64,000 nt of DNA from a virus (lineage: Duplodnaviria > Caudoviricetes). Shown piece by piece: positions 20,343 through 30,280 of this stretch; positions within the stretch are counted from its first letter, which is position 1, and each line of letters starts with the position of its first letter. The stretch spans positions 1-64,000 of IMG/VR virus record IMGVR_UViG_3300011008_000016; one strand, 5' to 3'. The notes beneath the pieces are model-generated. The model was not told the origin of the DNA. It saw only the letters and a program-made list of their open reading frames with translations, and searched no databases. Both the position numbers and the translations under genes were made by a program.

Positions 20343-20880
20343 GACGGATATCTGACAATTTATCAATCAGATATCCGTCAAAAAATTTCAAAATTTTCTT
20401 AAAAGAGAAAAAGAAAGAACCAAAGAAAAAGAGAAAAAATCAACCCCCTAAAAAATGGGCCGGGGTCCCACTACCCCCGGCCCATTTTTAATGGGGTGTT
20501 GTATGATTTATTTTTTCTCATATTTTTCGGGGATTTTTTCATTCTGAAAAAAGAAAATTTTTACATGAAAATTAGAATTTTAAAAAAGAAAAATTTTAGA
20601 AATGAAATTAAGTCATTGTTAGAAAATTTTTTAAAATCCGAAATTTTGAAAAGAGAAAAAGAAAGAACCAAAGAAAAAGAGAAATGTAAACCATTATAAT
20701 TTCTTGATTTCCGGTCATAACCCCACGAATGAAATCGCACTTTGTGCGATTTCATGAATTGTTGCTGCTTACGCAGCTATTGTTTCGTAATACGGTACAT
20801 CGTAAACCCTTATTTAGAAAATCCGAAATTTGAATTATATATTAAAAATTCGAATTTAAGAAACGAAATTTTAAGTAAGG
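20343..20880. other. Origin-like region: palindromes, 36-bp direct repeat, A-tracts
   Basis: 13-bp IR 20343-20379, 15-bp GC-rich IR 20451-20489, 12-bp IR 20729-20755, and extreme A/T tracts. Confidence 0.45.
20401..20684 (+). repeat. Perfect 36-bp direct repeat, two copies (20401-20436 and 20649-20684)
   Basis: AAAAGAGAAAAAGAAAGAACCAAAGAAAAAGAGAAA. Confidence 0.9.
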
Positions 20881-20892
20881 AGGATTTTCGAA

Positions 20893-21354
20893 ATGACCGA
20901 AATGATTTATTTAGCTTTCCGAGAATCGAACCTTCTTGGATATGCTTTCGAAATTGATATATTCTTTGAATTTTTGAAAGGATTTCTTTCTCAGAACCCA
21001 GCTATGAAAGTAGAAATTCAACGACTTCCCCTCGAAAAATGTGAATTAGATTATCAAGCCCTGTATCCAATGGATGAAATTATAGAATTCACAAAAAATG
21101 TATTTTTGACTTATAAACAATCGAAATTTTGGGAAGAGTACTTTGATGAATGTCGAATGGATGTTTGGGGTAAAATTACAAAGAGTGGAGAAGGAACCAG
21201 GCACTTAAATACAGACCTTTGTGATGTGAAGACTTTCTTAAACTATCTTGGTTCTGATATGGTTCGAAGTATTGTCTATAGTGAATCTATAGATACAATC
21301 AACGAAAAGTATGCGATGTATATGGACTACGCACAAAAAATCGAGGACAAATAA
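20893..21354 (+). CDS. Hypothetical protein (153 aa)
   Basis: AAGGAGG RBS and TATATTAA upstream. Confidence 0.8.
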   Translation: MTEMIYLAFRESNLLGYAFEIDIFFEFLKGFLSQNPAMKVEIQRLPLEKCELDYQALYPMDEIIEFTKNVFLTYKQSKFWEEYFDECRMDVWGKITKSGEGTRHLNTDLCDVKTFLNYLGSDMVRSIVYSESIDTINEKYAMYMDYAQKIEDK

Positions 21355-21385
21355 GTAAAAATCCGATAGAAAGGAGATTAAAACC

Positions 21386-23326
21386 ATGGTAGGATTTGAT
21401 TTATCTGAAATATTGGTATCGTCTGGTTTGTCGGTATCGTCTACTCAGATACAAGATTTATTATACCACCTCTCAATGCAAACTTCTGGTTATCTGGCGA
21501 ATGTCCAGAATATGAGAAGTGGTGTGAAGCCCTCTGAAGGGCAGTATGTTTCAAATTTACCGAGTGCTGAGCTTACTGCGAACTTTGTTAATCAAACGAT
21601 TCTCAGAGAGCAGGATGATGCAAATATATACCTGTCTAAAATATATTCTGATCAGATTTTTCAGGTTATGGTTGCATCTGGCTATATTCCAGTAGCTTGG
21701 CTTCAGAAAACATATCCGTTTGATGCGGATGTGATGTTTAATGTAATCAAGAATCTTTGGGATGCAATGTTGACTGACTATGCTGGTATGAAGACGAGGA
21801 GAGATTTGATTTATACTCATTTCAAATCCTTTGGAATGTTTACTTGTCGTATGCCAGGATATGAGAATGATAAACTTCTATATTTCGTAATGCCACATAG
21901 TCAGGCTGATGCAAGTTTCCTTACAAGATGGATTGCGGACAATAAGATTCATGAAGTTCTTGTTCTGGATGACCAGAACTATGCTGCGAAGCTTGTTGAT
22001 AAGAACTATAATTTTTTGTTCAAATTTGACAAGATTGTGGATGTGTACAAGGGAATTACGTTCCGAGTATCTACGGAATTGAAAGCGACTGTACCTGTAT
22101 ATATGGCTCAAATTGGTTGTGATCATATGTGCTATTTCCCTGATAAGAAGGATTCTGATAATTACATAGTTACGAGCAATCGCTTCAATATTCAGGAATT
22201 CCAGAGAGGAGAGTCTATTCAGGTTACAGTAGCTCTTCCGACAAATTATCAGATTAGCTTTGTTTGTATCAATGGTGTACCGCATTTCTTTGGTACTGCG
22301 GATATGGAAGCTGCTGGGATTATGCTTACGGAGATTGATTCTGGACTTGTCACTTCGTATAAAACTGTAAATGTTACGATTTCTGGTTTAAGAGAGTCTT
22401 CTAAGATTTATATTGATGCTTGTGAAGATTTGACCGGAAAGAGAACGACTAAGAAGATGATCTCTACTGTTCATTCTATGGTAGAATTCGGGGAAGAAGA
22501 TACTAAGATTCGGGTTACTTTCAATCAACCATTTATTTTCTTCAATACGGAGAAGGTAAAAGTTTATGCACGGAAGAATGAAGATTCGGATGAAGAATTG
22601 ATTGAATCCGTTGATGTCTTAGTTGACGGCTTCCAATTGGTTGAAAAACAGATGGTATTTGGAGAAGCCTATCTTGATAAAACTTCTTTGGCAGATGATC
22701 TTCTTTTGAATATGGAGCGTCCTTCGGAACCGTTGTATGGGACTCCTCAGACGAATAATTCTTCCAAAATGGGTTATATGTTAGGTCAATTTGGATTACC
22801 TTTGGATAGTCCGAGTAATCCTGATCCTATGAAGAGACATGATAATCCATATATTATTAGTCATCTCCCTAAGACTGGTTCCCCTCAGTATCGTCAAAAT
22901 GCTTCTATGGAGGCTGGTCCTGAGTCAAGAGCAATTTTGTTCAATGTAAATGAAGCAGGTTCTATTATCATTACATTTGACGGATATACAAATTATAAGT
23001 ATTTCCGTGTAACATTTGATGATAGAGCGATGATTGTTGTTTATAGAGTTGCTGGAAGCCAGAATGATATTGATGTCATTCCGGTTGTTGAAGATTATCT
23101 TATTACGAATCCAAACTATGTAGAGGAAACGGAGGAAGATAATACAGCAACTGGTGACACTGATGAAAATTCTGATGGTGAGTCCACGGGTGACAATTCT
23201 GGCTCTACAACAGATGAACCAAGCGGGAAAGATGATAGCTCAAAGACGGACAACTCAGAAGGTGAATCTGGAACAGATAATTCATCTACAGAGGAACCTG
23301 TACCAGATACTACAGGAGATGATTGA
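21386..23326 (+). CDS. Putative virion structural protein with an acidic low-complexity C-terminus
   Basis: 646 aa; late-type motif upstream; D/E/S/T/G-rich tail. Confidence 0.55.
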   Translation: MVGFDLSEILVSSGLSVSSTQIQDLLYHLSMQTSGYLANVQNMRSGVKPSEGQYVSNLPSAELTANFVNQTILREQDDANIYLSKIYSDQIFQVMVASGYIPVAWLQKTYPFDADVMFNVIKNLWDAMLTDYAGMKTRRDLIYTHFKSFGMFTCRMPGYENDKLLYFVMPHSQADASFLTRWIADNKIHEVLVLDDQNYAAKLVDKNYNFLFKFDKIVDVYKGITFRVSTELKATVPVYMAQIGCDHMCYFPDKKDSDNYIVTSNRFNIQEFQRGESIQVTVALPTNYQISFVCINGVPHFFGTADMEAAGIMLTEIDSGLVTSYKTVNVTISGLRESSKIYIDACEDLTGKRTTKKMISTVHSMVEFGEEDTKIRVTFNQPFIFFNTEKVKVYARKNEDSDEELIESVDVLVDGFQLVEKQMVFGEAYLDKTSLADDLLLNMERPSEPLYGTPQTNNSSKMGYMLGQFGLPLDSPSNPDPMKRHDNPYIISHLPKTGSPQYRQNASMEAGPESRAILFNVNEAGSIIITFDGYTNYKYFRVTFDDRAMIVVYRVAGSQNDIDVIPVVEDYLITNPNYVEETEEDNTATGDTDENSDGESTGDNSGSTTDEPSGKDDSSKTDNSEGESGTDNSSTEEPVPDTTGDD

Positions 23327-23330
23327 TAAG

Positions 23331-23489
23331 ATGGTCGGCAAAACTTTACAAGATTATCTGAACGAGGACCCTTCTTTAACAGAAAAGGTGACTCTCGAAG
23401 AAATCGAAAATCCTAAGTCTGGTTTTGATGATTCAGAAGTAGAGTCCGTCTTTTATACCTACAAACAGGTACTGGAAAATTCCAGATAA
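23331..23489 (+). CDS. Small hypothetical protein (52 aa, MVGKTLQDYL...)
   Basis: AGGAG upstream; lies between the 646-aa gene and a terminator. Confidence 0.5.
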   Translation: MVGKTLQDYLNEDPSLTEKVTLEEIENPKSGFDDSEVESVFYTYKQVLENSR

Positions 23490-23496
23490 AAAATAT

Positions 23497-23537
23497 GAGA
23501 GTGAGTAGAAAGTTTAACTTTCTACTCACTCTCTTTT
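23497..23537. terminator. Bidirectional terminator
   Basis: GAGAGTGAGTAGAAAG/CTTTCTACTCACTCTC between convergent genes. Confidence 0.85.
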
Positions 23538-23568
23538 GTATATGAAATACGGGAGGATGTAAGATGAA

Positions 23569-24201
23569 TTAAGCTGTTTCAACATCTACTGCCAGAGCTG
23601 CACTCTCTTCTTTCTTTTCTTCCGGAGTAAGCTCTTTGGTTTCCTCTACCTTTTCATTTTCCTGAACCGTCTGAGCAGCGGTTTCTGTTACATGTTCTTC
23701 AGATTTCACCTCTTCAGGGGTAACCTGCTCTGTCTCTATAGGAGCCTCATTTTTAGACTCGTTAGCGGGAGCCAGTTCATTGCTCCGAACAGGTGCCTGA
23801 TTGAACTGCTGCTGATACTGGTTCTGATTATTACCCTTGTTCTTCTTTTTGTTGTTCTTTTTTCCGTTCCCGAACTGATTCCCATTATTCTGGTTATTGT
23901 TCTGAACCTGCTGGGGTTGGGAATTTCTCTGAACTTCAGTATCCGAAACCGGTGCAGGGTTTGTTTCACTCTTCTGCTGATTGTTATCAATGTCAAAGTT
24001 CTGAACGGTAAGCTTCAAATCAGTACCGTTCTTCAACCTCTCATAGATTTCTGCTCTATCATTTGTGAGCATACTCCAGATTCTCTCAATATACTCACGA
24101 TATGGGGTGCGAATTGGAGCCATTACCATACCACGAGAGGTATGTACATAGCCACGGCTCTGCACCGTAATCATCTTGGAATTGTCATTGTTAAATGCCA
24201 T
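23569..24201 (-). CDS. Hypothetical protein with N/Q-rich and E-rich disordered regions
   Basis: 210 aa; RBS AAGGAGAG. Confidence 0.75.
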   Translation of the reverse strand: MAFNNDNSKMITVQSRGYVHTSRGMVMAPIRTPYREYIERIWSMLTNDRAEIYERLKNGTDLKLTVQNFDIDNNQQKSETNPAPVSDTEVQRNSQPQQVQNNNQNNGNQFGNGKKNNKKKNKGNNQNQYQQQFNQAPVRSNELAPANESKNEAPIETEQVTPEEVKSEEHVTETAAQTVQENEKVEETKELTPEEKKEESAALAVDVETA

Positions 24202-24224
24202 TGATATCTACTCTCCTTTCTTTA

Positions 24225-24530
24225 TTAATCAATCGGAAGATAAGCTTCACAAGCCTCTTCCAACTGTTCCAGATTGTCTTCGTCCATTTCATCCGAAGGT
24301 GGAATCTTAGATAGAAGCTTTTCCATCTCTTCATCGTCTTCTCCGATGCCGTCACCGTCCATATCGCTCTCGACGGAATCCACATCTTTTCCAGTTGCAA
24401 GCTTAATGACATCATCATCAATAGCTTCTTCGAACATAGCTGTCAGCTTATCGCTTTCATCGTTCGCTCTTTTACTCTGATTAATGGCTTCCATCAAAGT
24501 CGAAAGACCATGTGATACTATTCTAACCAT
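24225..24530 (-). CDS. Small acidic protein (possible head or scaffold component)
   Basis: 101 aa, very D/E-rich; late-type motif upstream. Confidence 0.6.
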   Translation of the reverse strand: MVRIVSHGLSTLMEAINQSKRANDESDKLTAMFEEAIDDDVIKLATGKDVDSVESDMDGDGIGEDDEEMEKLLSKIPPSDEMDEDNLEQLEEACEAYLPID

Positions 24531-24569
24531 AGCTTTATTCTCCTTTCTGGATTGGTTTAATTGCCTGTT

Positions 24570-25826
24570 TTACGAATAACTTTCATTTAGGTATTCGTTG
24601 TACGATATGAGTATGTATAGAATAATCGGAATTAGATAGAAGAATGTCTCACTATATCCCGGTTCTTCTATTACTCGTTGTAGTTCTTTTACCTCGTCTA
24701 AAGTCATAAACTTTTCAAAGGTTGGTTTCTGGAAATATCGTATGATAATATTTTCTATCATAGTAACCGTAGGTGATTCTGTTACGGTTTTGATATTGTA
24801 TAACCAGTTAAAATCCATATACGTGTTTCTTGAATAATGAGTTTCTTTATCCTCATATGCTCTAAGAAGATAGACACTCTCTTCACCCCAGTAAGTAAAT
24901 GGATTTGTCCATTGTCTCGTGAATGTTGTTAGATCATATAGTAATGACTTGATACGTCTTGATTCCCTCATTTCAACAGCTCGAAATACTGTCTTATTAT
25001 ACTCTGCCTTAAAGGTCTCATCTTGGTCAATCACAACGGGTTGAAGAATATCGTTATAATATTCCAGAATGTTATGCTTGATAATGAACTTTGTCAGATG
25101 TGGATCATAGACAATTAGTCCAGTATCCCCGTATCCTCTAAAAATGAAGGAATTGTATCTATGATTGAAGAATGTATCAACGTAATCCAAAACTGTTTGA
25201 CGAATAACTTTATCGATATATTTAATTTCGTCGAACGTTTTTGAGTTGATGATACATCTTTTATTTGAACCAACTCTGTCAAGATTTACTTCCAGTTCCT
25301 CTTCTACCTGATTGTCAATTTTGGTTTCATAATCATCTGAATCCATATCAACCAAGTGCATAGGAACTTTATAGAAGCCGTTGGTCATTGCTATCGCAGT
25401 AGATGTTTTAACATCATTGACTCTGAAGACTGCAACTCTACCAGAATCAAATTTGTAAATCATGTAATCATATGGACTTGGAATGACAGTATGAGGTGGT
25501 AGAACTGGTTCAATTTCCCAGTTCATATCCAGAACACCATTATCATCCAAAGCCATTTCAAGATTTTGAATATCCCTTGCAATCCCGTATGCTGGTTGGT
25601 TTTCAACCCGATTGTAACGAAGCGGGGAATTTTCTCCTAAGAGTTCATCCACCGTTTCTAATCCATTTAGAACATTACTTTTTTCATGGTTGACGTTAAT
25701 CCATGTAACCAGAATTGGCTCACCCATTCCAGTGATACTAATTGCTGCACCACTTTGGAGTATTTTGTCCAAAGCATTTTGGGAGTTTTTGACAAGGGTA
25801 TCTGCTGTTTTTAAGTAACCCATCAA
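24570..25826 (-). CDS. Hypothetical protein, possibly a virion structural protein (418 aa)
   Basis: Long ORF in a late-type operon; function is inference only. Confidence 0.55.
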   Translation of the reverse strand: MMGYLKTADTLVKNSQNALDKILQSGAAISITGMGEPILVTWINVNHEKSNVLNGLETVDELLGENSPLRYNRVENQPAYGIARDIQNLEMALDDNGVLDMNWEIEPVLPPHTVIPSPYDYMIYKFDSGRVAVFRVNDVKTSTAIAMTNGFYKVPMHLVDMDSDDYETKIDNQVEEELEVNLDRVGSNKRCIINSKTFDEIKYIDKVIRQTVLDYVDTFFNHRYNSFIFRGYGDTGLIVYDPHLTKFIIKHNILEYYNDILQPVVIDQDETFKAEYNKTVFRAVEMRESRRIKSLLYDLTTFTRQWTNPFTYWGEESVYLLRAYEDKETHYSRNTYMDFNWLYNIKTVTESPTVTMIENIIIRYFQKPTFEKFMTLDEVKELQRVIEEPGYSETFFYLIPIILYILISYNEYLNESYS

Positions 25827-26377
25827 TATCCCCCTTTCCTTGAATCAATGGAGTTTATATCTTGCTCTAAGAACCAATCAATGAAACCCCATAATACTTC
25901 ATAAGCTTGTCTAAGACCAGCTCTATCATCCAAGAAAACATTATAAAAAATTTTATGAATGTATTCAAAGTTCCACTTTTGTTTAATTGCATCACAATCT
26001 TCATTTATGTAGTCTAATTTGATACCAAGTTCGCTACAAGTTTGCTTTATCATTTCAATATCTTTTTCTTCTGTACGAGCCGTAAAGCATATCATAGTAA
26101 ATCCAAGTTGACTACATAATCGAAGTAAATCAATAACCAATTCGCATGATTTACTCTCTGGACGTTGTGGTTCCACTGTATCATCAAAATCGTATGCAAT
26201 GATAAGATTTCCATGCTCTTTATAGTCATTGATTAATACATCAATAAATCTCTGATTTGAGAAAATATCTTCATAGGTATCTCTTGATACCGAGCGATGT
26301 CGTTCGATAATTTGTCTAATTTCCATAGAGAGATCACCTTTAGAGAGATATTTCTCCACCGTATGTAAATTACTCAT
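25823..26377 (-). CDS. HAD-superfamily phosphatase
   Basis: Motif I IAYDFDDTV, motif II FTAR, motif IV FLDDR. Confidence 0.8.
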   Translation of the reverse strand: MSNLHTVEKYLSKGDLSMEIRQIIERHRSVSRDTYEDIFSNQRFIDVLINDYKEHGNLIIAYDFDDTVEPQRPESKSCELVIDLLRLCSQLGFTMICFTARTEEKDIEMIKQTCSELGIKLDYINEDCDAIKQKWNFEYIHKIFYNVFLDDRAGLRQAYEVLWGFIDWFLEQDINSIDSRKGGY

Positions 26378-26404
26378 TGGAATCCCTCCTTTAAGGACTT
26401 GTGC

Positions 26405-26595
26405 AAAAAATGAAATGTGTAAGGTAGTGGAACGCCCCCGACGCCCACTACCTTACACTCGAATATTTAAACCCCAGTACCATTAACTGATACATACACA
26501 AGTTCACATTCATTTTATATAAGGAGTTTGCAGCAAAAGTCACCAATGCACAAGAGGAACCGAGATACTGGGGTATTCCGATTTTCTAATCAATT
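26405..26595 (-). ncRNA. Candidate small RNA (~190 nt)
   Basis: Own CACA-N6-TA motif (26595-26606), 9-bp closing stem ACCCCAGTA/TACTGGGGT, 14-bp terminator stem 26417-26458, no RBS-led ORF. Confidence 0.45.
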
Positions 26596-26623
26596 AACTC
26601 TTTGTGTGAATTTTTACTAAAAC

Positions 26624-27682
26624 TCAGAAGCACTTACAAGCTTGCTTAATGGTTGGTATCCCATTATCAATGGAAATCTGATAGATTTCGAACTTGTTAT
26701 AGGTGTCGTCTGGATAGTATATATCCGCTCTGTATTCACCAACGAAATTCCCATCTGCATCATCAAGATAACTCTCGATGAATACGTCGACCGCACCTTG
26801 CCCTCCAGTTACCATCAATTTATTATAGGGGTCAGATTCATCCTTAAAGAAATTTTCATAACCCTTACCAAGAGCTATATGATTACCAGCGACAAAATTG
26901 TTGATAGCCGTCTGAATCATCCATTTTTGAGCATCTTCTAACTCCTTAAATACTGAAGGGGTATATTCACCTGACGGTGTATTATTTGTAACCACATAAA
27001 TGACTGTAGAAGTAGACTCAGTTTCCGTGGCAAACATGCTTTTCTCAAATATCTTTGAGATTGCATCTTTAAAGCTGTATTCTCTCGCTTCCTTTTTTAT
27101 GACATTATCCCAATATGCTTTATATGCTTTTGCATAATCAGGTACCTGGTGATTTCGAGGACGGTCACCAAATATAATATCCCCATCCTCAGTAATTTCC
27201 AGATCATATGGGTCGTTGCATACAAATATGGTGCCGGTAATCTGGTTGTTGAAAACTTTTATTGTCTTCCCATACCCGAATAACCGTGTTCGAACAATAT
27301 CACCAAGTAGAGTGCTTGACATCTGGTCAAATATACTGAACTTAATGATGGTACGGAAGTATTCATGAAGTTGACTTTCGTAATCATTATCCTCCACGAA
27401 CGTAATGGATTCGTCTTCAAGCAAAATCCTAATGCGAAAGAGTCCGCCGGTGTCAGGATTCACGATATCCATAAGATGGGAATCCATTCCGAAATGTCCA
27501 TTTCTCCACTCAGGTGTAATGACCCATTTGCCATCTTTAAGTCCCACGGGTGACATGTAACCGATTTTGTCGTTCTCATACAATTCCTTCGGAATTTTTA
27601 AGGACGGCGTAGCCCGTAACATTTTTACATCTACAATGAATGGAACATCCATTAATTTCTTCTGAAATACATCGTTGTTCAT
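26624..27682 (-). CDS. Hypothetical protein (352 aa)
   Basis: AAGGAGG RBS and TATATTAA upstream. Confidence 0.8.
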   Translation of the reverse strand: MNNDVFQKKLMDVPFIVDVKMLRATPSLKIPKELYENDKIGYMSPVGLKDGKWVITPEWRNGHFGMDSHLMDIVNPDTGGLFRIRILLEDESITFVEDNDYESQLHEYFRTIIKFSIFDQMSSTLLGDIVRTRLFGYGKTIKVFNNQITGTIFVCNDPYDLEITEDGDIIFGDRPRNHQVPDYAKAYKAYWDNVIKKEAREYSFKDAISKIFEKSMFATETESTSTVIYVVTNNTPSGEYTPSVFKELEDAQKWMIQTAINNFVAGNHIALGKGYENFFKDESDPYNKLMVTGGQGAVDVFIESYLDDADGNFVGEYRADIYYPDDTYNKFEIYQISIDNGIPTIKQACKCF

Positions 27683-27777
27683 AATGAAACCTCCTTAGTG
27701 TAGTAATTTATTGATACTAAGTGTTAATATATCAACGAAATATTTGGCAATGGGATTTATCTCCATTGCCAAATAAA

Positions 27778-28317
27778 TCAGCCGATATCATCTGCATCTT
27801 TGTACATTCTGGAGCCGGTTGCTCCTTTTTGTCCTTGATATTTCCCATTATACGGATTTTCTGCAACTGAATCCATCTCTGCGAAAACAAGCTGACCAAG
27901 TCTCTTATTCGATACAAGACGAATAGCTCTATTACTCGCATTGAAAAGCTCCAATGTTATGTTTCCTTCGAATCCTGGATCAACCCAACCAGCATTTTGA
28001 ATGAATAAACCGAGTCTTCCATAAGAGCTTCTCCCTTCAACAAATGCTGTTATGTTGGCTGGCAACTTGAAATACTCTATAGTTGATCCCAGTATGAACT
28101 GTCCCGGAAGTAGAATATATTCATCTGTTTTGATTGTTTTATAATTACATGGTCTACTTAAATCAATAACTTGACTAGCATAGTCATCAATCGTTGCAAA
28201 TGTATTATCCAATCGAATATCCACACTTGCTGGTTGAATCTGCTCTTCTTTTAATGGTGTAATGACAAGTTCACCAATTCCAAGAAGTCGTCTGATTGTT
28301 CTATCACTCAATATCAT
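27778..28317 (-). CDS. dcd: dCTP deaminase
   Basis: MILSD...[11 protein letters not shown]...[12 protein letters not shown]...[16 protein letters not shown]...KYQGQ; start moved to 28317 on the RBS AAAGGAG. Confidence 0.92.
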   Translation of the reverse strand: MILSDRTIRRLLGIGELVITPLKEEQIQPASVDIRLDNTFATIDDYASQVIDLSRPCNYKTIKTDEYILLPGQFILGSTIEYFKLPANITAFVEGRSSYGRLGLFIQNAGWVDPGFEGNITLELFNASNRAIRLVSNKRLGQLVFAEMDSVAENPYNGKYQGQKGATGSRMYKDADDIG

Positions 28318-28825
28318 TAGTGGTTTCTCCTTTCTGATTTTCGATTTCCGTTTTTTCAAGATAGAGTTTTCGTCGAGTAAGACATTGTTTTACTATGGAT
28401 ATTTGTGAATCGTTATATCTATCGTCTATATCAAGATATCCATCTTCGATCGACTCCAACATCAAGACTATATCCTCAAGTTCTTCATATACTGGGATTT
28501 TGTACGTCTCGTCATAAGTTTCTGAAATATTTTCGAGTATTCTTAAATCTTGAATCTTTTTAAGAGCTGCGTCAAGAACTTCTTGGGTGGATTTTCCACT
28601 CGGAAATCCACCATCTTTGAATATCTCCTGTAGTAGTACGTTGTAATCCATAACAAGTTTTGATTGACCTGCCATAATTACACTACGTTGTTGATCGTTG
28701 AGTACTTCGTTGTCCTTTATTCTCTTTTTAGCCCATTTTACAATGCTCTTTTTGTTATGGTTGAGAATAGCTATAGTGACTCGTATTCCAACAATAACTC
28801 CAAGAGCAATCAATCCCTTATTCAT
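28304..28825 (-). CDS. Hypothetical protein with an N-terminal hydrophobic helix
   Basis: [18 protein letters not shown] segment; GGAGG RBS. Confidence 0.7.
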   Translation of the reverse strand: MNKGLIALGVIVGIRVTIAILNHNKKSIVKWAKKRIKDNEVLNDQQRSVIMAGQSKLVMDYNVLLQEIFKDGGFPSGKSTQEVLDAALKKIQDLRILENISETYDETYKIPVYEELEDIVLMLESIEDGYLDIDDRYNDSQISIVKQCLTRRKLYLEKTEIENQKGETTNDIE

Positions 28826-28946
28826 TAGGAACACCTCCCCTTATCAATAATTCGACGAACCTTTTCCACAATACTTTTATTTTTAGTTGGTTTAGATTGC
28901 TTAATCATCTTCTTCCAGTCCATGATAAAGTTTGAAGATTTCTTCA

Positions 28947-29993
28947 TTACATCCTCCTTTCTATTTCGAATTCATTTTTAGGGACTCCGAAATCTTTTCC
29001 AATTGCGTTTCCATACAATGAAAAATTCTTCGTATAAATCTTCATTTGATTTCGTAATAGTTGATAATCCATAATACTATCACTATCCTGATAAATATCT
29101 ATATATACATTGGAACCAACAATCCCTTTATTCATATAATAAAGCAAAGGATTATAGAAAGCCCCATGATTTGTACTCATAAAGATACAATTAGGAATAA
29201 TCCCACCATAAATATTATAGACTATCGACATGATATCAAATGGACCTTCTGCTGTAACAATTCGAATCGGGTCTTGTGTAATTGTATTAATTTGATTCTG
29301 AATTGTATAGAAAGAATGAGCATTTGATTCCATTCCAAATATATTGAATTTGATATATCGTTTTTCATGGTGGTTGGTTATATCTCTGAGTATAATATAC
29401 TCATTTTTCACAGATAACCACCCAATATAGTCTTTATCATAATCCCGAATGAAGTCTTGGTACTTTTTCAATGGAATCAATTTGTTTACATATAAGAACT
29501 CACTGACGTTGAAGATTAATTTAAGTTTTCCATAATCTTCTAATGGAACTGTATAACCAATTCGATTATTCATATACCGAATTTTTCGAATAGTGTCTTC
29601 TGTTTTTCTTGGTGGTGGTATTTCTACACTGATTTCTCTATTATTTTTATATTTATTGACTTTTTGGTTTCCACTGTCTCGCATTGCGTTTTTATTGATT
29701 CGTTTTAATAATGCAACTTCTTCGCTATTTAATTCACCACCAAATATTTCTGCTAACATGTCAACTGTAAGTAGACCACTCTCCCCACAGTTAAAGCATA
29801 TATACATTACTGGCTCAGAAACGTCCAGTGGGTCACATTTGATGTAAAGACGTTTCTTGTTTTGATCCTTTTTAGAATCTCCACAAAGAATACATTTTGT
29901 CTTTACTCGTATATCGCCCACTGGAACACACTCCCGGTTGTGTTGTAATATGCTTAGTAGTATTTCTTTATCGCTACTTCGCATTATCACCAC
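28947..29993 (-). CDS. DNA primase (T4 gp61/DnaG-like)
   Basis: Zn ribbon CILCGDS...CFNCG; TOPRIM AEGPFD and DSD; C-terminal KDFG. Confidence 0.85.
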   Translation of the reverse strand: MVIMRSSDKEILLSILQHNRECVPVGDIRVKTKCILCGDSKKDQNKKRLYIKCDPLDVSEPVMYICFNCGESGLLTVDMLAEIFGGELNSEEVALLKRINKNAMRDSGNQKVNKYKNNREISVEIPPPRKTEDTIRKIRYMNNRIGYTVPLEDYGKLKLIFNVSEFLYVNKLIPLKKYQDFIRDYDKDYIGWLSVKNEYIILRDITNHHEKRYIKFNIFGMESNAHSFYTIQNQINTITQDPIRIVTAEGPFDIMSIVYNIYGGIIPNCIFMSTNHGAFYNPLLYYMNKGIVGSNVYIDIYQDSDSIMDYQLLRNQMKIYTKNFSLYGNAIGKDFGVPKNEFEIERRM

Positions 29994-30164
29994 CTACTCT
30001 TTCATAGCTATTCTTGTAGCAATGATAATAAGTTTGATTGCAATAACGGATACCATGATGATTACCCCGGTAATTGCTAAACAAACTCTTTTGATTGAAT
30101 CACCGAACTCATAGAGTTCTTGTAATTCTGGGTCTATAGTTTCTCTCGTTTTCCATCCTAACAT
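29994..30164 (-). CDS. Small putative membrane protein (56 aa, MLGWKTRET...)
   Basis: GGAGGTGG RBS; one hydrophobic helix. Confidence 0.45.
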   Translation of the reverse strand: MLGWKTRETIDPELQELYEFGDSIKRVCLAITGVIIMVSVIAIKLIIIATRIAMKE

Positions 30165-30280
30165 TCATATCCACCTCCTCGTGATATGTTACTATTACTT
30201 ATGGGTTGGATGCAAATATTTTATTTATAAAAAACGATGCCAGATGGATGTAACCGTACCCATCTGGCATTTTGTTAATC

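Noticed and set aside
20401-20684. 36-bp repeat as a CRISPR array
   Set aside because: Only two copies, 212-bp gap, low complexity, no cas genes.
20496-20957. Lys/Phe-rich ORFs
   Set aside because: Translation artefacts of A/T tracts.
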